Shown: piece after piece, positions 10,775 through 19,705 of the stretch | Layout: every line of letters begins with the position of its first letter | Position numbering within the stretch: the first letter of the stretch is position 1 | Origin: an uncultured Aliarcobacter sp. | Lineage (GTDB): Bacteria; Campylobacterota; Campylobacteria; Campylobacterales; Arcobacteraceae | Direction of reading: 5' to 3' | Assembly (NCBI GenBank): GCA_963677435.1 | Contig: OY781945.1 | Span: 2,688,001-2,752,000 of the forward strand | DNA: 64,000 nucleotides | Notes under the pieces: generated by a model | What the model was told of the DNA's origin: nothing | The model's input: only the letters and a program-made list of their open reading frames with translations | Database searches by the model: none | Translations under genes and position numbers: made by a program

Positions 10775-12379
10775 TTAATTTATAGGTGGGTTTATAAATT
10801 TTGGAACAGCTACTATTAGATGAGATTCACCTTCTAATTTTTGATCATTTTTAATATATGTTGCTGTAATTGTTAAATTACCCACATTATTTGCCATAAG
10901 TTTTCTTACTGGATTTGGTCCTGCTTCACTTGGTGTGAATATACCTGTATATCTGTTGATGCTTCCTGCATACTGAATATCTTTATCTTCAATTGCTTGT
11001 TCATCATAAGGTTTCATGTTCCAAATAACTGGTAATACTGTAAGTTTTACATCATCAGCTGTACCTTTTTTACCATCTTTTCCAAAACTATATCCATAAG
11101 CTTCAAATGTTGCATACTCTTTTTGAATAGCATCAGTTGTGTCATTTCCACCATCTCTTGCAATTGCATAATCAGGAGTAACTTTTATATAGTCGATTTT
11201 TTCATATGTTGTAAGTGCATCTTTGAAATCTTTATCAGCAATTTTAATATCACTTGTTGAAAGTTTTGCATTTTTATCAACTGCAACTTCTATAACAACT
11301 TCATTACTTGCTTCTTTTAATATTTTAGATACTTTTATATTTTTTCCAAAATCTAATTTGGAATTTAAATTATTACCAACGATTGTAATTGTTGAAGTTT
11401 CCCCTGTTTTAAGAGCATTTGGATAGATACCTACAATTGAAACATCTTTTGTATTTAATGCAACTCCACTTAATACACTTCCATTTTCTGTATGTAATAC
11501 TTCAAACATTCTTCCCTCAGCAGTAGAAGTTTTTGGATCAATATGTAAAATTTGTCTATATTTAACTCCATCAATTTCAAATGTTGATCTTAATTCAGTT
11601 TTTGCATAAACAATAGTTTTTCCTTTAGCTTCAAATTTACTTCCATTTTCATAGTTTCCACTCATTTCTACTGAATAATTTGAATCACTATCTTTTGATA
11701 AAGTTAATTTTGCACTAAAGTCTCCTTTACTTGGAGTATGTCCATAAAATGACCATTCTGTCGGTGTTTCATAATCTTTAATTGATTCTTTAAAAGAAGT
11801 CCAAGTAGCTTCATCTTTTCCAAATCGTTCAGCTAATAAAGGAACTATCTCTTTTTTTGCTATTTCAAACCAATCTCTATCTCTTGCTAGTGCTTGTGCT
11901 TCAAAAGATATAAATTGACCAACATGGAAATTAACTAAACTTTCCCATTCAGGTGCTGTTCTTCTTTGTAAACCAATTCTAGCTTCTGAGTGACATCTCA
12001 CACACATTTCATTAAAAAGTTCAGGGTTAGTTTCTGGTTTTTGAAAGTTTGGAGTTTTATCTAAAACATAAGTATATGGTTTAATCTCATCAGGAGTTAA
12101 TCCTTGATTATCTGATAGATATTTAATTACATTACTTTGTTCTTCAGCTGTTAAAGAAAGACCATGAATTCTTTGCATTCTATTAAGAGTCATATACCAA
12201 CCCTCAGGTGTTTTTCTTTGGTCAGATATTCTACTTAATCCCTCATCCAAATTGCCGATGTGACAGGCAGTACATTTACTATTTATAATTTCTTTACCCA
12301 ATTGTGCATCCACTGCAAAGAGAGGTAAAGAAGATAATAAAGCTCCAATTCCAATTTTTGATAATCTTTTATAATTCAA
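10775..12379 (-). CDS. qhpA: Quinohemoprotein amine dehydrogenase alpha subunit (diheme c), copy 1
   Basis: Signal peptide; CTACH and CVRCH; SRISDQRKTPEGW; GPNP.R...NNVGNL; TTG start with AGGAG RBS. Confidence 0.93.
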   Translation of the reverse strand: MNYKRLSKIGIGALLSSLPLFAVDAQLGKEIINSKCTACHIGNLDEGLSRISDQRKTPEGWYMTLNRMQRIHGLSLTAEEQSNVIKYLSDNQGLTPDEIKPYTYVLDKTPNFQKPETNPELFNEMCVRCHSEARIGLQRRTAPEWESLVNFHVGQFISFEAQALARDRDWFEIAKKEIVPLLAERFGKDEATWTSFKESIKDYETPTEWSFYGHTPSKGDFSAKLTLSKDSDSNYSVEMSGNYENGSKFEAKGKTIVYAKTELRSTFEIDGVKYRQILHIDPKTSTAEGRMFEVLHTENGSVLSGVALNTKDVSIVGIYPNALKTGETSTITIVGNNLNSKLDFGKNIKVSKILKEASNEVVIEVAVDKNAKLSTSDIKIADKDFKDALTTYEKIDYIKVTPDYAIARDGGNDTTDAIQKEYATFEAYGYSFGKDGKKGTADDVKLTVLPVIWNMKPYDEQAIEDKDIQYAGSINRYTGIFTPSEAGPNPVRKLMANNVGNLTITATYIKNDQKLEGESHLIVAVPKFINPPIN

Positions 12380-12439
12380 GATTTGCTCCTAATATAAAAT
12401 TTCTTACACTCTACAATTATTTTCTCAAGTGTCTGCAGA

Positions 12440-12503
12440 ATTATAGTTCTATATAGTTTATTTGTATAGTAAAAAAACGACAAATCTGTATAATTAATAT
12501 ACA
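12440..12503 (-). promoter_or_regulatory. qhpA copy-1 promoter: -10 TATAAT (12440-12445) plus conserved operator (12464-12503)
   Basis: 40-bp block matches the copy-2 promoter at 32/40 positions and lies at the same distance from TATAAT; contains TGTATA-N5-TATACA. Confidence 0.7.
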
Positions 12504-12575
12504 GTATTTTAGTGTTATTTATTTTTTTATTAACTTATTCATGTTAAAATTCATTTTAATATAAAGGATTGAACC

Positions 12576-13376
12576 TTGTTTAGTTTTAGAACATTTGAAC
12601 CGCATATAAAATTACAAAAATGGATAAAATCATATTGGATTGTTGACTACAATAAAATAAATAAAAATAAATTTCAAGAAAAAATAATTACACCTTATGA
12701 CAATGTATGTATGATATTTGCGATTAATCATTCAAATGTAAATAGTTTTCTAAAAAGTGGTATATATATTTTCCCTCCTTCTATGAAAAGACAGATTTTG
12801 AATTTGGATGATAGTTTTTATTACATTGATGTCTCGTTATATCCTGGAGTATTTTTTAAACTATTTGGTATTCCTCTTTATGAATTAGAAGATAGAGCTT
12901 ATGAGATAAATGAACTATCTTTAAATTTAGATTTATCTATACTTGAAACTTTATTCAATCTAAGAAATAATATTAATAGCACTATCAATTACCTAAATAA
13001 TTACTTTTTTAAGATTTTTAAGAATCTTGATGAAGACACAATATTGTCAAATCTATATCAACTAACCAAAAGTTATAATTTAGATAATTTTTATCAACAA
13101 AATAGATTATCTATGAGACAAGTACAAAGAAAAGTAAAAGAGTTTACAGGAATAACTCCCAAAGATATTCAAAGAGTAAATAGGTTTTATCATACTTTAA
13201 CATCTATAAAAACAAATAAAAGTATCATTGATTTTGGAAATATAGCAGTTGAAAATAACTTTTATGACCAATCATCTTTTATTAAAGAATTCAAAATTTT
13301 TACAGGCTTAACACCAAAACTATTTTTAGAAAATTCTGATAATTTTCTTCAATATAGATGTAATATTTTTTGTTAA
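12576..13376 (+). CDS. AraC-family transcriptional regulator (DUF6597-like N-terminus), divergent from qhpA copy 1
   Basis: C-terminal HTH: LSMRQVQRKVKEFTGITPK...FYDQSSFIKEFKIFTGLTP. Confidence 0.9.
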   Translation: MFSFRTFEPHIKLQKWIKSYWIVDYNKINKNKFQEKIITPYDNVCMIFAINHSNVNSFLKSGIYIFPPSMKRQILNLDDSFYYIDVSLYPGVFFKLFGIPLYELEDRAYEINELSLNLDLSILETLFNLRNNINSTINYLNNYFFKIFKNLDEDTILSNLYQLTKSYNLDNFYQQNRLSMRQVQRKVKEFTGITPKDIQRVNRFYHTLTSIKTNKSIIDFGNIAVENNFYDQSSFIKEFKIFTGLTPKLFLENSDNFLQYRCNIFC

Positions 13377-13384
13377 ATATAAAA

Positions 13385-13413
13385 TATTCTCTCTTAAAAT
13401 ATAAGAGAGAATA
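13385..13413. terminator. Terminator hairpin between the convergent araC and qhpB copy 2
   Basis: TATTCTCTCTTA-AAATA-TAAGAGAGAATA perfect inverted repeat. Confidence 0.7.
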
Positions 13414-13426
13414 AATCTTTTTTTTA

Positions 13427-14563
13427 CTATTTAACTCTAAATACTTGTAAAGTTCCAGCACCTACATCACCCTCAGGTAATTTTATAGTTTCTATTTTTT
13501 CTAAAGTATCTGGATTATAAACTGCTATATCATTAAAAGTTCCACCAAGATAAATTTTAGATGCATCTGTTGCAAAATTTATACAATAGTATGAATGATC
13601 TAAATATACTCTTTTTAAAACTTTTTGATTTTTTCTATCAAATTTTGTTAAATCAGTTAAAACACCATATAAAAGATTTGTATCTTTTGGATGTGTCATT
13701 CCTGTAAACATAACACTTTCAAGTGGAGCAAAATCTTCTTGAACTATTTCATTTGTTTTTAAATCAACTCTTGTTGCTCCCCAAACAAGTTGGGCTTCAT
13801 TCATATCCATTTTATCATTTGGAAATTTTGCAGCTGTATACATAAGTAAAAACTCTTTTGATACATTTCCAATTGGCCACATTGCTAAAACATCAGCTGA
13901 AGAATAATTTGCCTTATCCCAATTTCTTAATTTTGCAGCTATTGTAAACTCTTTTTTCTCTGGATTTATTTTATATACATTTGAACCAGACGCATATAAA
14001 GTCCCATCATCAGCAGTTGCCATAACTGTTATTTGTCTAGGTGCTTTAAAACTATCAATTGGTTTTGCATCTAATCCATCGTTTGTATTAAATGTTTTAA
14101 ATACTGGAGCAAGTACTTTATATCTATCATTTAACATTTGTGTTGGATTTGAAATAGTATAAAGTTTTTTCCCATCAGTACTCAATGTAAATGAAAAAAT
14201 TGACATTGCTCTTACATTATCATGTGAAAACTTTGCTCTAAATGTATTTTTACAACTATTTAAATCATATCCATAAACTGCACCCCAATTATCTTGTAAA
14301 ATATAAGCTTTAGTTCCATCAGGAGAAATCATCATTCCTCCACTCATATAATCACCTTGTAATTTACAAGTTTTAAACACTTTATTTGTAGTTGAATCAA
14401 CAATATGTAACTCGTTTTTTCTACTAACTGTTGCTAGATAATCTCTATTTTTTTCAAGTTTTAGATTTTGATTATCAATTGTTGGTGATGTTGGTTGGGT
14501 TAAACTACAACCACCAATAAATATACCTATAACTAATGATGCTAATATTGAAATTTTTTTCAT
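13427..14563 (-). CDS. qhpB: Quinohemoprotein amine dehydrogenase beta subunit, copy 2 (predicted lipoprotein)
   Basis: APRQIT, DVLAMW, HSYYC and LPEGDVGAGTLQVF motifs; lipobox IGG-C19. Confidence 0.9.
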   Translation of the reverse strand: MKKISILASLVIGIFIGGCSLTQPTSPTIDNQNLKLEKNRDYLATVSRKNELHIVDSTTNKVFKTCKLQGDYMSGGMMISPDGTKAYILQDNWGAVYGYDLNSCKNTFRAKFSHDNVRAMSIFSFTLSTDGKKLYTISNPTQMLNDRYKVLAPVFKTFNTNDGLDAKPIDSFKAPRQITVMATADDGTLYASGSNVYKINPEKKEFTIAAKLRNWDKANYSSADVLAMWPIGNVSKEFLLMYTAAKFPNDKMDMNEAQLVWGATRVDLKTNEIVQEDFAPLESVMFTGMTHPKDTNLLYGVLTDLTKFDRKNQKVLKRVYLDHSYYCINFATDASKIYLGGTFNDIAVYNPDTLEKIETIKLPEGDVGAGTLQVFRVK

Positions 14564-14574
14564 CTTAAAACCTC

Positions 14575-14898
14575 TTATTTATCAGTTATTGGGAAAACAG
14601 AATCAAGTTTTCTCCAATCTTTTGAGCTTGCTGGTGCTTTTGAGCTCCATCCTGGATTATTCATAGTATCAGGAACTTGTGTTGGCCACCAACAAGGATC
14701 AGAACATCCATATAAATCTGCTTCCATTGGTTGGCATAAACCTGCTACTCCACCAAAAGCATCAACTTCCCAACCTGGGTCAAATGTAGATGTACATCCA
14801 ACAATGCTTGACATTGCAACAACTTCTTTTTCATATCCTTCTTTTATAGATTTATTTAACAAATCTGCTTTTGGATTTAAAGGTTTAAATAAGCCCAT
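14575..14898 (-). CDS. qhpC: Quinohemoprotein amine dehydrogenase gamma subunit, copy 2
   Basis: 28-aa leader then [22 protein letters not shown]...[18 protein letters not shown]. Confidence 0.95.
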   Translation of the reverse strand: MGLFKPLNPKADLLNKSIKEGYEKEVVAMSSIVGCTSTFDPGWEVDAFGGVAGLCQPMEADLYGCSDPCWWPTQVPDTMNNPGWSSKAPASSKDWRKLDSVFPITDK

Positions 14899-16285
14899 TT
14901 ACGTCTCCTTTTTCTTCTTTAAAATATAAACTAAAAAACTCTGGATTATTATTTCTAATTTTTGCATAGGCATATAATCCAAAATCAATCCAATCTCTCA
15001 TAATATCGCAGTAGTGTAAAACTGCTTTTGTAGGATCGTTGTATCTAATATAACTTTCATGATAACAACCACCAGCGCAAAGATTTCTAATATGACAAGT
15101 TGAACAATCTCCATCTTTTGTATTTAATCTTTTTTCTATAAAATTTGATAATTTTGGTTTATCTAACCCTGTTTTTACATTTCCAAAATTCCCAAAATCA
15201 CTTCCTGTGAATCTATGACATAAATCAAAACTACCTTCATGACTTACAGATAATAATCCAACTCCAGCACCACAAGGAAGTTTTTTCTTTCTTCCTGCAT
15301 GAATGTCTCCTAGTAATCTATGTAGATTTGAGAAACCATTAAATTCACCTTTTAAAGCTGAATCTATATATTTTTCACCCATTAATTTAAACTCATTAAA
15401 AACTTTTACAAGCTCAAATTCACTTAAATTAAATATTGCATTATCACTTGCAGTTGCAGGTGCAAAACCAACTTCTGCAAATTTTAAATCATTAAATAGA
15501 TGATTCCAAATCTCTTCAATTTGAGTTACACCTCGAGTTAGGGTTACTCTTGCACCGATTGGTCTATCTGTGTACATACTTAAAAGTAATTCTACTTTTT
15601 TCCTAACTGCATCATAACTTCCAGTTCCAGCGTTTGTAAGTCTTGTTTTATTGTGAATTTCTTTTGGACCATCAATACTTATAGTTACACCAAATTTATT
15701 ATCTTGTAAAAAAGTTATAATCTCTTTTGTCAATAATGTTCCATTTGTTGTAATAGTAAAATCTACCATTGCTTTTTTTTCTTTAAAAAATTCAACTGCA
15801 TAAGACGTTACATCTTGAATTAATTTAAAATTACTTAAAGGCTCTCCTCCAAAAAAAGTTACATTATAAATCTTTTGATTAGGCGCACCTTCATATAGAT
15901 GTTCTATTGCCTTTGAAGCTGTTTCAAAAGTCATATTTCCACTATTGCTTAATGTTTCTAAATCTGCTTTATAACAATAAGTACAGCTTAAATTACAGCC
16001 TGAGGATACATTCAAGATTAAAGTAGTTGCTGGAAAATTTTTAACTTCTATATATTTTTTGCTCTCTTCTTTTCCAATAATATTTAGTTTTTCTAGTTCA
16101 ATTAACTCTTCTTTTGAAAAATCAGTTATTTTAACCACTTCACTATTTAATCTATTTATTAATTTTTCATTTGTTTCATCAAGTTCAAAAAGCGAAGTTG
16201 TTGGTACATGAAAAAGTAAATTCTCACTACTGTTTCTTACTATTCGGTAGTTTTGTTTATTTATTTTTAATTCATTATTACTCAT
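14885..16285 (-). CDS. qhpD: Radical SAM/SPASM thioether-forming maturase, copy 2
   Basis: [26 protein letters not shown]. Confidence 0.93.
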   Translation of the reverse strand: MSNNELKINKQNYRIVRNSSENLLFHVPTTSLFELDETNEKLINRLNSEVVKITDFSKEELIELEKLNIIGKEESKKYIEVKNFPATTLILNVSSGCNLSCTYCYKADLETLSNSGNMTFETASKAIEHLYEGAPNQKIYNVTFFGGEPLSNFKLIQDVTSYAVEFFKEKKAMVDFTITTNGTLLTKEIITFLQDNKFGVTISIDGPKEIHNKTRLTNAGTGSYDAVRKKVELLLSMYTDRPIGARVTLTRGVTQIEEIWNHLFNDLKFAEVGFAPATASDNAIFNLSEFELVKVFNEFKLMGEKYIDSALKGEFNGFSNLHRLLGDIHAGRKKKLPCGAGVGLLSVSHEGSFDLCHRFTGSDFGNFGNVKTGLDKPKLSNFIEKRLNTKDGDCSTCHIRNLCAGGCYHESYIRYNDPTKAVLHYCDIMRDWIDFGLYAYAKIRNNNPEFFSLYFKEEKGDVNGLI

Positions 16286-16294
16286 AATTAACTC

Positions 16295-17875
16295 CTAATT
16301 AATTGGAGGATTTACCCATTTTTGAACTGTAACTATCATGTGAGAGTCAGCTTTATAAGTATTAATTCCATCTTTATAAGTTGCTACAACTTTTATATTT
16401 CCAGCATTATTTGTTTTGAATTTTCTTTTTGGATTTGGCCCTGCAAATGATGGAGTAAATCTTCCACTAAAAGCATCCATAGTTCCTACATACTTAACAT
16501 CTTCATCATCTTTTGCTCTTTCATCAAATGGTTCGATACTCCATTTTGCATTCACTTTTCCAATATTTATATCATCAGCTGTTCCAATTTTTCCATCAAT
16601 TCCTGCTAATATTCCATAAGCTTCAAAAATTGCATGTTGTTTTGACATAGCGCCACCGCCATCACCAACTCTTGAGATTGCATAATCTGGTAGAACTTTT
16701 AGACTATCAATTTTTTTGTAAACTGTTAATCTATTTTCAAACATCTTAGAATTAATATTTAAATCAATTTGTTTAACATCATATTTTGGACTTGCACTAA
16801 CATCTAAAACAATTTTATTAGCTGATTGTTCTATTATTTTGTTAATTTTTAAACCATTTGATATTTTGATATTTTTATCTAAATTATTTCCTACGATTGT
16901 GATAATTTCTGATGTGCCAGCTTTTACTGAAACTGGAGAAATACCTAAAATAGAAGTTTCTTTATTTGATGTTTTTGCCCCATTTACAAAAGCATACTCT
17001 TCAGGATGTAAAGTTTCAAACATACTTCCACTCAATTCATTAGTATCTGGATTAACTGCGAATATTTGATTATATGAAACACCATCAATATCAAGTTTTG
17101 CTCTAAATTCATATCCACTATAAACAATTGCATTTCCAGTTGCTTTTAACTCTCGTCCATCAATAAAAGCTCCATTTAAAGTTATAGTATAGTTGTCTTT
17201 TGAAGTTTTAGTTAGTTTCATAATTGCACTAAAATCACCATCACCAAGTTTATGTGCAAATAAATTCCATGAACCCTCAAAGTCAATTGCTTTTAACTCA
17301 AATTTCTTTTCAATCCCATAATTCGATGCTAAATACGGAACCATTTCTTTTTGGGCAATATTTAACCAATCTCTATCTCTTGCTAATGCTTGATATTCTA
17401 AAGTTGGGAATTTTCCTAAATGGAAATTAACTAAATTATCCCATTCTGCACTACTTCTTCTTTGAAGTTCAACTCTTGCACCTGAATGGCATCTTGCACA
17501 CATTTCCACAAATAAAGAATCATCAAATTTCTCTTGATAATTTGGCGTTTTTTCTAAAATATATCTAAAACTTTCACTCTCTTTATAATTTAATCCTTGA
17601 GTATCAGATAGATATTTCACAACACTTTGCTCTTGTTCTTTTGATAAAATCAGCCCATGATCTTTCTGCATTCTATCAACAGTCATAAACCAAGCTTCTG
17701 GCGTTTTTCTTTGTTCAGAAATTCTACTTAAGCCTTGAGGAGTTGATGTATGACAGGCAGTACATTTTGTCTCAATTATAGTTTTAGCATCAATATCCGT
17801 TGCATTTAAGCCTACTGATCCTACCAAAAGACCAATACTAACTTTTAGTATTGAATTTAAACTTTTAGTTTTCAA
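16295..17875 (-). CDS. qhpA: Quinohemoprotein amine dehydrogenase alpha subunit, copy 2
   Basis: CTACH and CARCH; SRISEQRKTPEAW; start moved to TTG 17875 (AAGGAG RBS just upstream). Confidence 0.92.
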   Translation of the reverse strand: MKTKSLNSILKVSIGLLVGSVGLNATDIDAKTIIETKCTACHTSTPQGLSRISEQRKTPEAWFMTVDRMQKDHGLILSKEQEQSVVKYLSDTQGLNYKESESFRYILEKTPNYQEKFDDSLFVEMCARCHSGARVELQRRSSAEWDNLVNFHLGKFPTLEYQALARDRDWLNIAQKEMVPYLASNYGIEKKFELKAIDFEGSWNLFAHKLGDGDFSAIMKLTKTSKDNYTITLNGAFIDGRELKATGNAIVYSGYEFRAKLDIDGVSYNQIFAVNPDTNELSGSMFETLHPEEYAFVNGAKTSNKETSILGISPVSVKAGTSEIITIVGNNLDKNIKISNGLKINKIIEQSANKIVLDVSASPKYDVKQIDLNINSKMFENRLTVYKKIDSLKVLPDYAISRVGDGGGAMSKQHAIFEAYGILAGIDGKIGTADDINIGKVNAKWSIEPFDERAKDDEDVKYVGTMDAFSGRFTPSFAGPNPKRKFKTNNAGNIKVVATYKDGINTYKADSHMIVTVQKWVNPPIN

Positions 17876-17919
17876 TTTATCTCCTTTATTTCTTTTTATC
17901 AACCCAAATTGATAAAGGC

Positions 17920-17983
17920 ATTATAGAAATTCGAAAAAATAAAGTATAGAAAGAAAACGACATTTTTGTATATTTTTTATACA
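17920..17983 (-). promoter_or_regulatory. qhpA copy-2 promoter: -10 TATAAT (17920-17925) plus conserved operator (17944-17983)
   Basis: Same 40-bp block and spacing as the copy-1 promoter. Confidence 0.7.
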
Positions 17984-18176
17984 TTATTAATATTCACATT
18001 ATAAATAATAATTCAGAACATATTCTAAACATATTTATTCATTTATTGTAAAAAAACGACATAATCGAATTAAAATACATTTTTTGGCACATTTATTGAA
18101 TTCTTTTTAGACATCAAGTATCTTTAAAAACTTTTATATGATAGATATACTTTTGTATCTAACAAGAAGGAAAAAA

Positions 18177-18851
18177 ATGAAAAAAATGAAATCAATCATA
18201 ATTAGTTCAGCACTTATTATCTCAACTATTTCAACTGTAAAAGCAAATGATATAGATACAGTTGTAAATATTACGGGAGCTACTAACTACTTAGTAAGAG
18301 GATTAACTCAGACTAATGACAAAGCTGCACTATTTTTAGAAGGAACAGTTATATATAAAGGTTTTTTTACAGGTATTTGGACATCAAATATAGAGTTTGA
18401 AGGACTAGATGGGAATAGAGAAATAGATTTATATGCAGGTTATAGCAAAGATTTATTTGGGTTTGAAACAACATTAACTTATACAAAATTTTTATATCCT
18501 AATTCAAATGATATAGCAGATTTAGATGAACTTGAATTAAAAGTTGTTTATCCTATAGATAAATTTTCTATTGGAGGAAAATATATTTTAGGAATTTATG
18601 TTGAAAATGATGGTGAAAAATTAGACTACTATGAGGGCTTTACTTCTTATGATTTTGATATTATTACATTAAATGGAAGTGCTGGTTCTTATGAAGATAT
18701 GGGTGATAATTTTGTAATTGGTATTTCTAAAGCATTTGATTTAAGTAAAGGTTCTATAAATATAGAACTATTATATAGTGAATTTTATTCAGATGATAGT
18801 TCAAATCTTAATCAAGACAATCTTTATGCAAAAATCACTTATTCATTTTAA
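18177..18851 (+). CDS. TorF-like putative outer-membrane porin
   Basis: Signal peptide; NYLVRGLTQT and EIDLYAGY motifs; C-terminal Phe (ITYSF); start set to ATG 18177 (AAGGA RBS). Confidence 0.8.
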   Translation: MKKMKSIIISSALIISTISTVKANDIDTVVNITGATNYLVRGLTQTNDKAALFLEGTVIYKGFFTGIWTSNIEFEGLDGNREIDLYAGYSKDLFGFETTLTYTKFLYPNSNDIADLDELELKVVYPIDKFSIGGKYILGIYVENDGEKLDYYEGFTSYDFDIITLNGSAGSYEDMGDNFVIGISKAFDLSKGSINIELLYSEFYSDDSSNLNQDNLYAKITYSF

Positions 18852-18863
18852 GTAGGGTTATAG

Positions 18864-19697
18864 ATGTTCACATCAAAGATGTATATACCTAATGAAAAAC
18901 TAAAAGATTGGATAAAAGTCTTTTGGTTTTTCGAAGGACATGGTACTGGAAAATTATCACATATTAGAAATATATTACCAGATGGCTGTGCAACAATAAC
19001 TTTTGTACTTCAAGGAAATATGGATGTAACTATTTACAACAATAGCATCATAAAAAGAGGGATTTATGTTATTCCTCCTGTCGTGAATGCCCATTATGAT
19101 GTAATAAGTGATGATATTTTTTTAATTGATATTCAACTAAATCCTAGTATTTTTTATAAACTTTTTAATTTACCTGTAAATGAGCTAGAAAATAAAATCT
19201 ATACTATTGATGAATTATCACTAAATTTTAATAAATCTATTTTAGAAAAAATTTGCGAAGTAAAGAATAATAAGAATGCTATATATTCTCTTTTAAATAA
19301 CTTTTTTATCACTTTATTTGATAAATTAAGATTTAATTCAGACGAAATTATTTTAAATATAAACCAATTATATAAAGATGGAAATTTGGATGATTTTTTA
19401 CATTCTCAAAACTTATCGGTTAGGCAAATAGAAAGAAAAGTAAAAAGCTACACTGGATTAACTCCACAAAGTATTAGTAGATTAGGAAGATTTTATTCTG
19501 TTTTAGAATACATGAAATTTAGACAATTTAATATTGAATACTCTGAATTAGCATTGGAATATAAATTTTCTGATCAATCCCATTTAATTAGAGAATTCAA
19601 GTTTTTTACCCAGTCTACTCCAAAAAACTTTATTAAAGATATAAATAATTATCCCCAATTTAAAGGGCTTTGTAATATAACAGAGATTATAAATTAG
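18864..19697 (+). CDS. AraC-family transcriptional regulator, paralog of 12576-13376
   Basis: ILPDGC; LSVRQIERKVKSYTGLTP; FSDQSHLIREFK. Confidence 0.9.
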   Translation: MFTSKMYIPNEKLKDWIKVFWFFEGHGTGKLSHIRNILPDGCATITFVLQGNMDVTIYNNSIIKRGIYVIPPVVNAHYDVISDDIFLIDIQLNPSIFYKLFNLPVNELENKIYTIDELSLNFNKSILEKICEVKNNKNAIYSLLNNFFITLFDKLRFNSDEIILNINQLYKDGNLDDFLHSQNLSVRQIERKVKSYTGLTPQSISRLGRFYSVLEYMKFRQFNIEYSELALEYKFSDQSHLIREFKFFTQSTPKNFIKDINNYPQFKGLCNITEIIN

Positions 19698-19705
19698 GTA
19701 TCGTT

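Noticed and set aside
4864..17069. Several 60-80 aa + strand ORFs antisense to qhp genes
   Set aside because: Fully nested opposite well-supported genes; composition fits antisense artefacts
4283..19705. qhp cluster as a mobile element or genomic island
   Set aside because: No integrase, transposase, tRNA or flanking direct repeats seen, and base composition looks like the rest of the window; horizontal origin is possible but unsupported here
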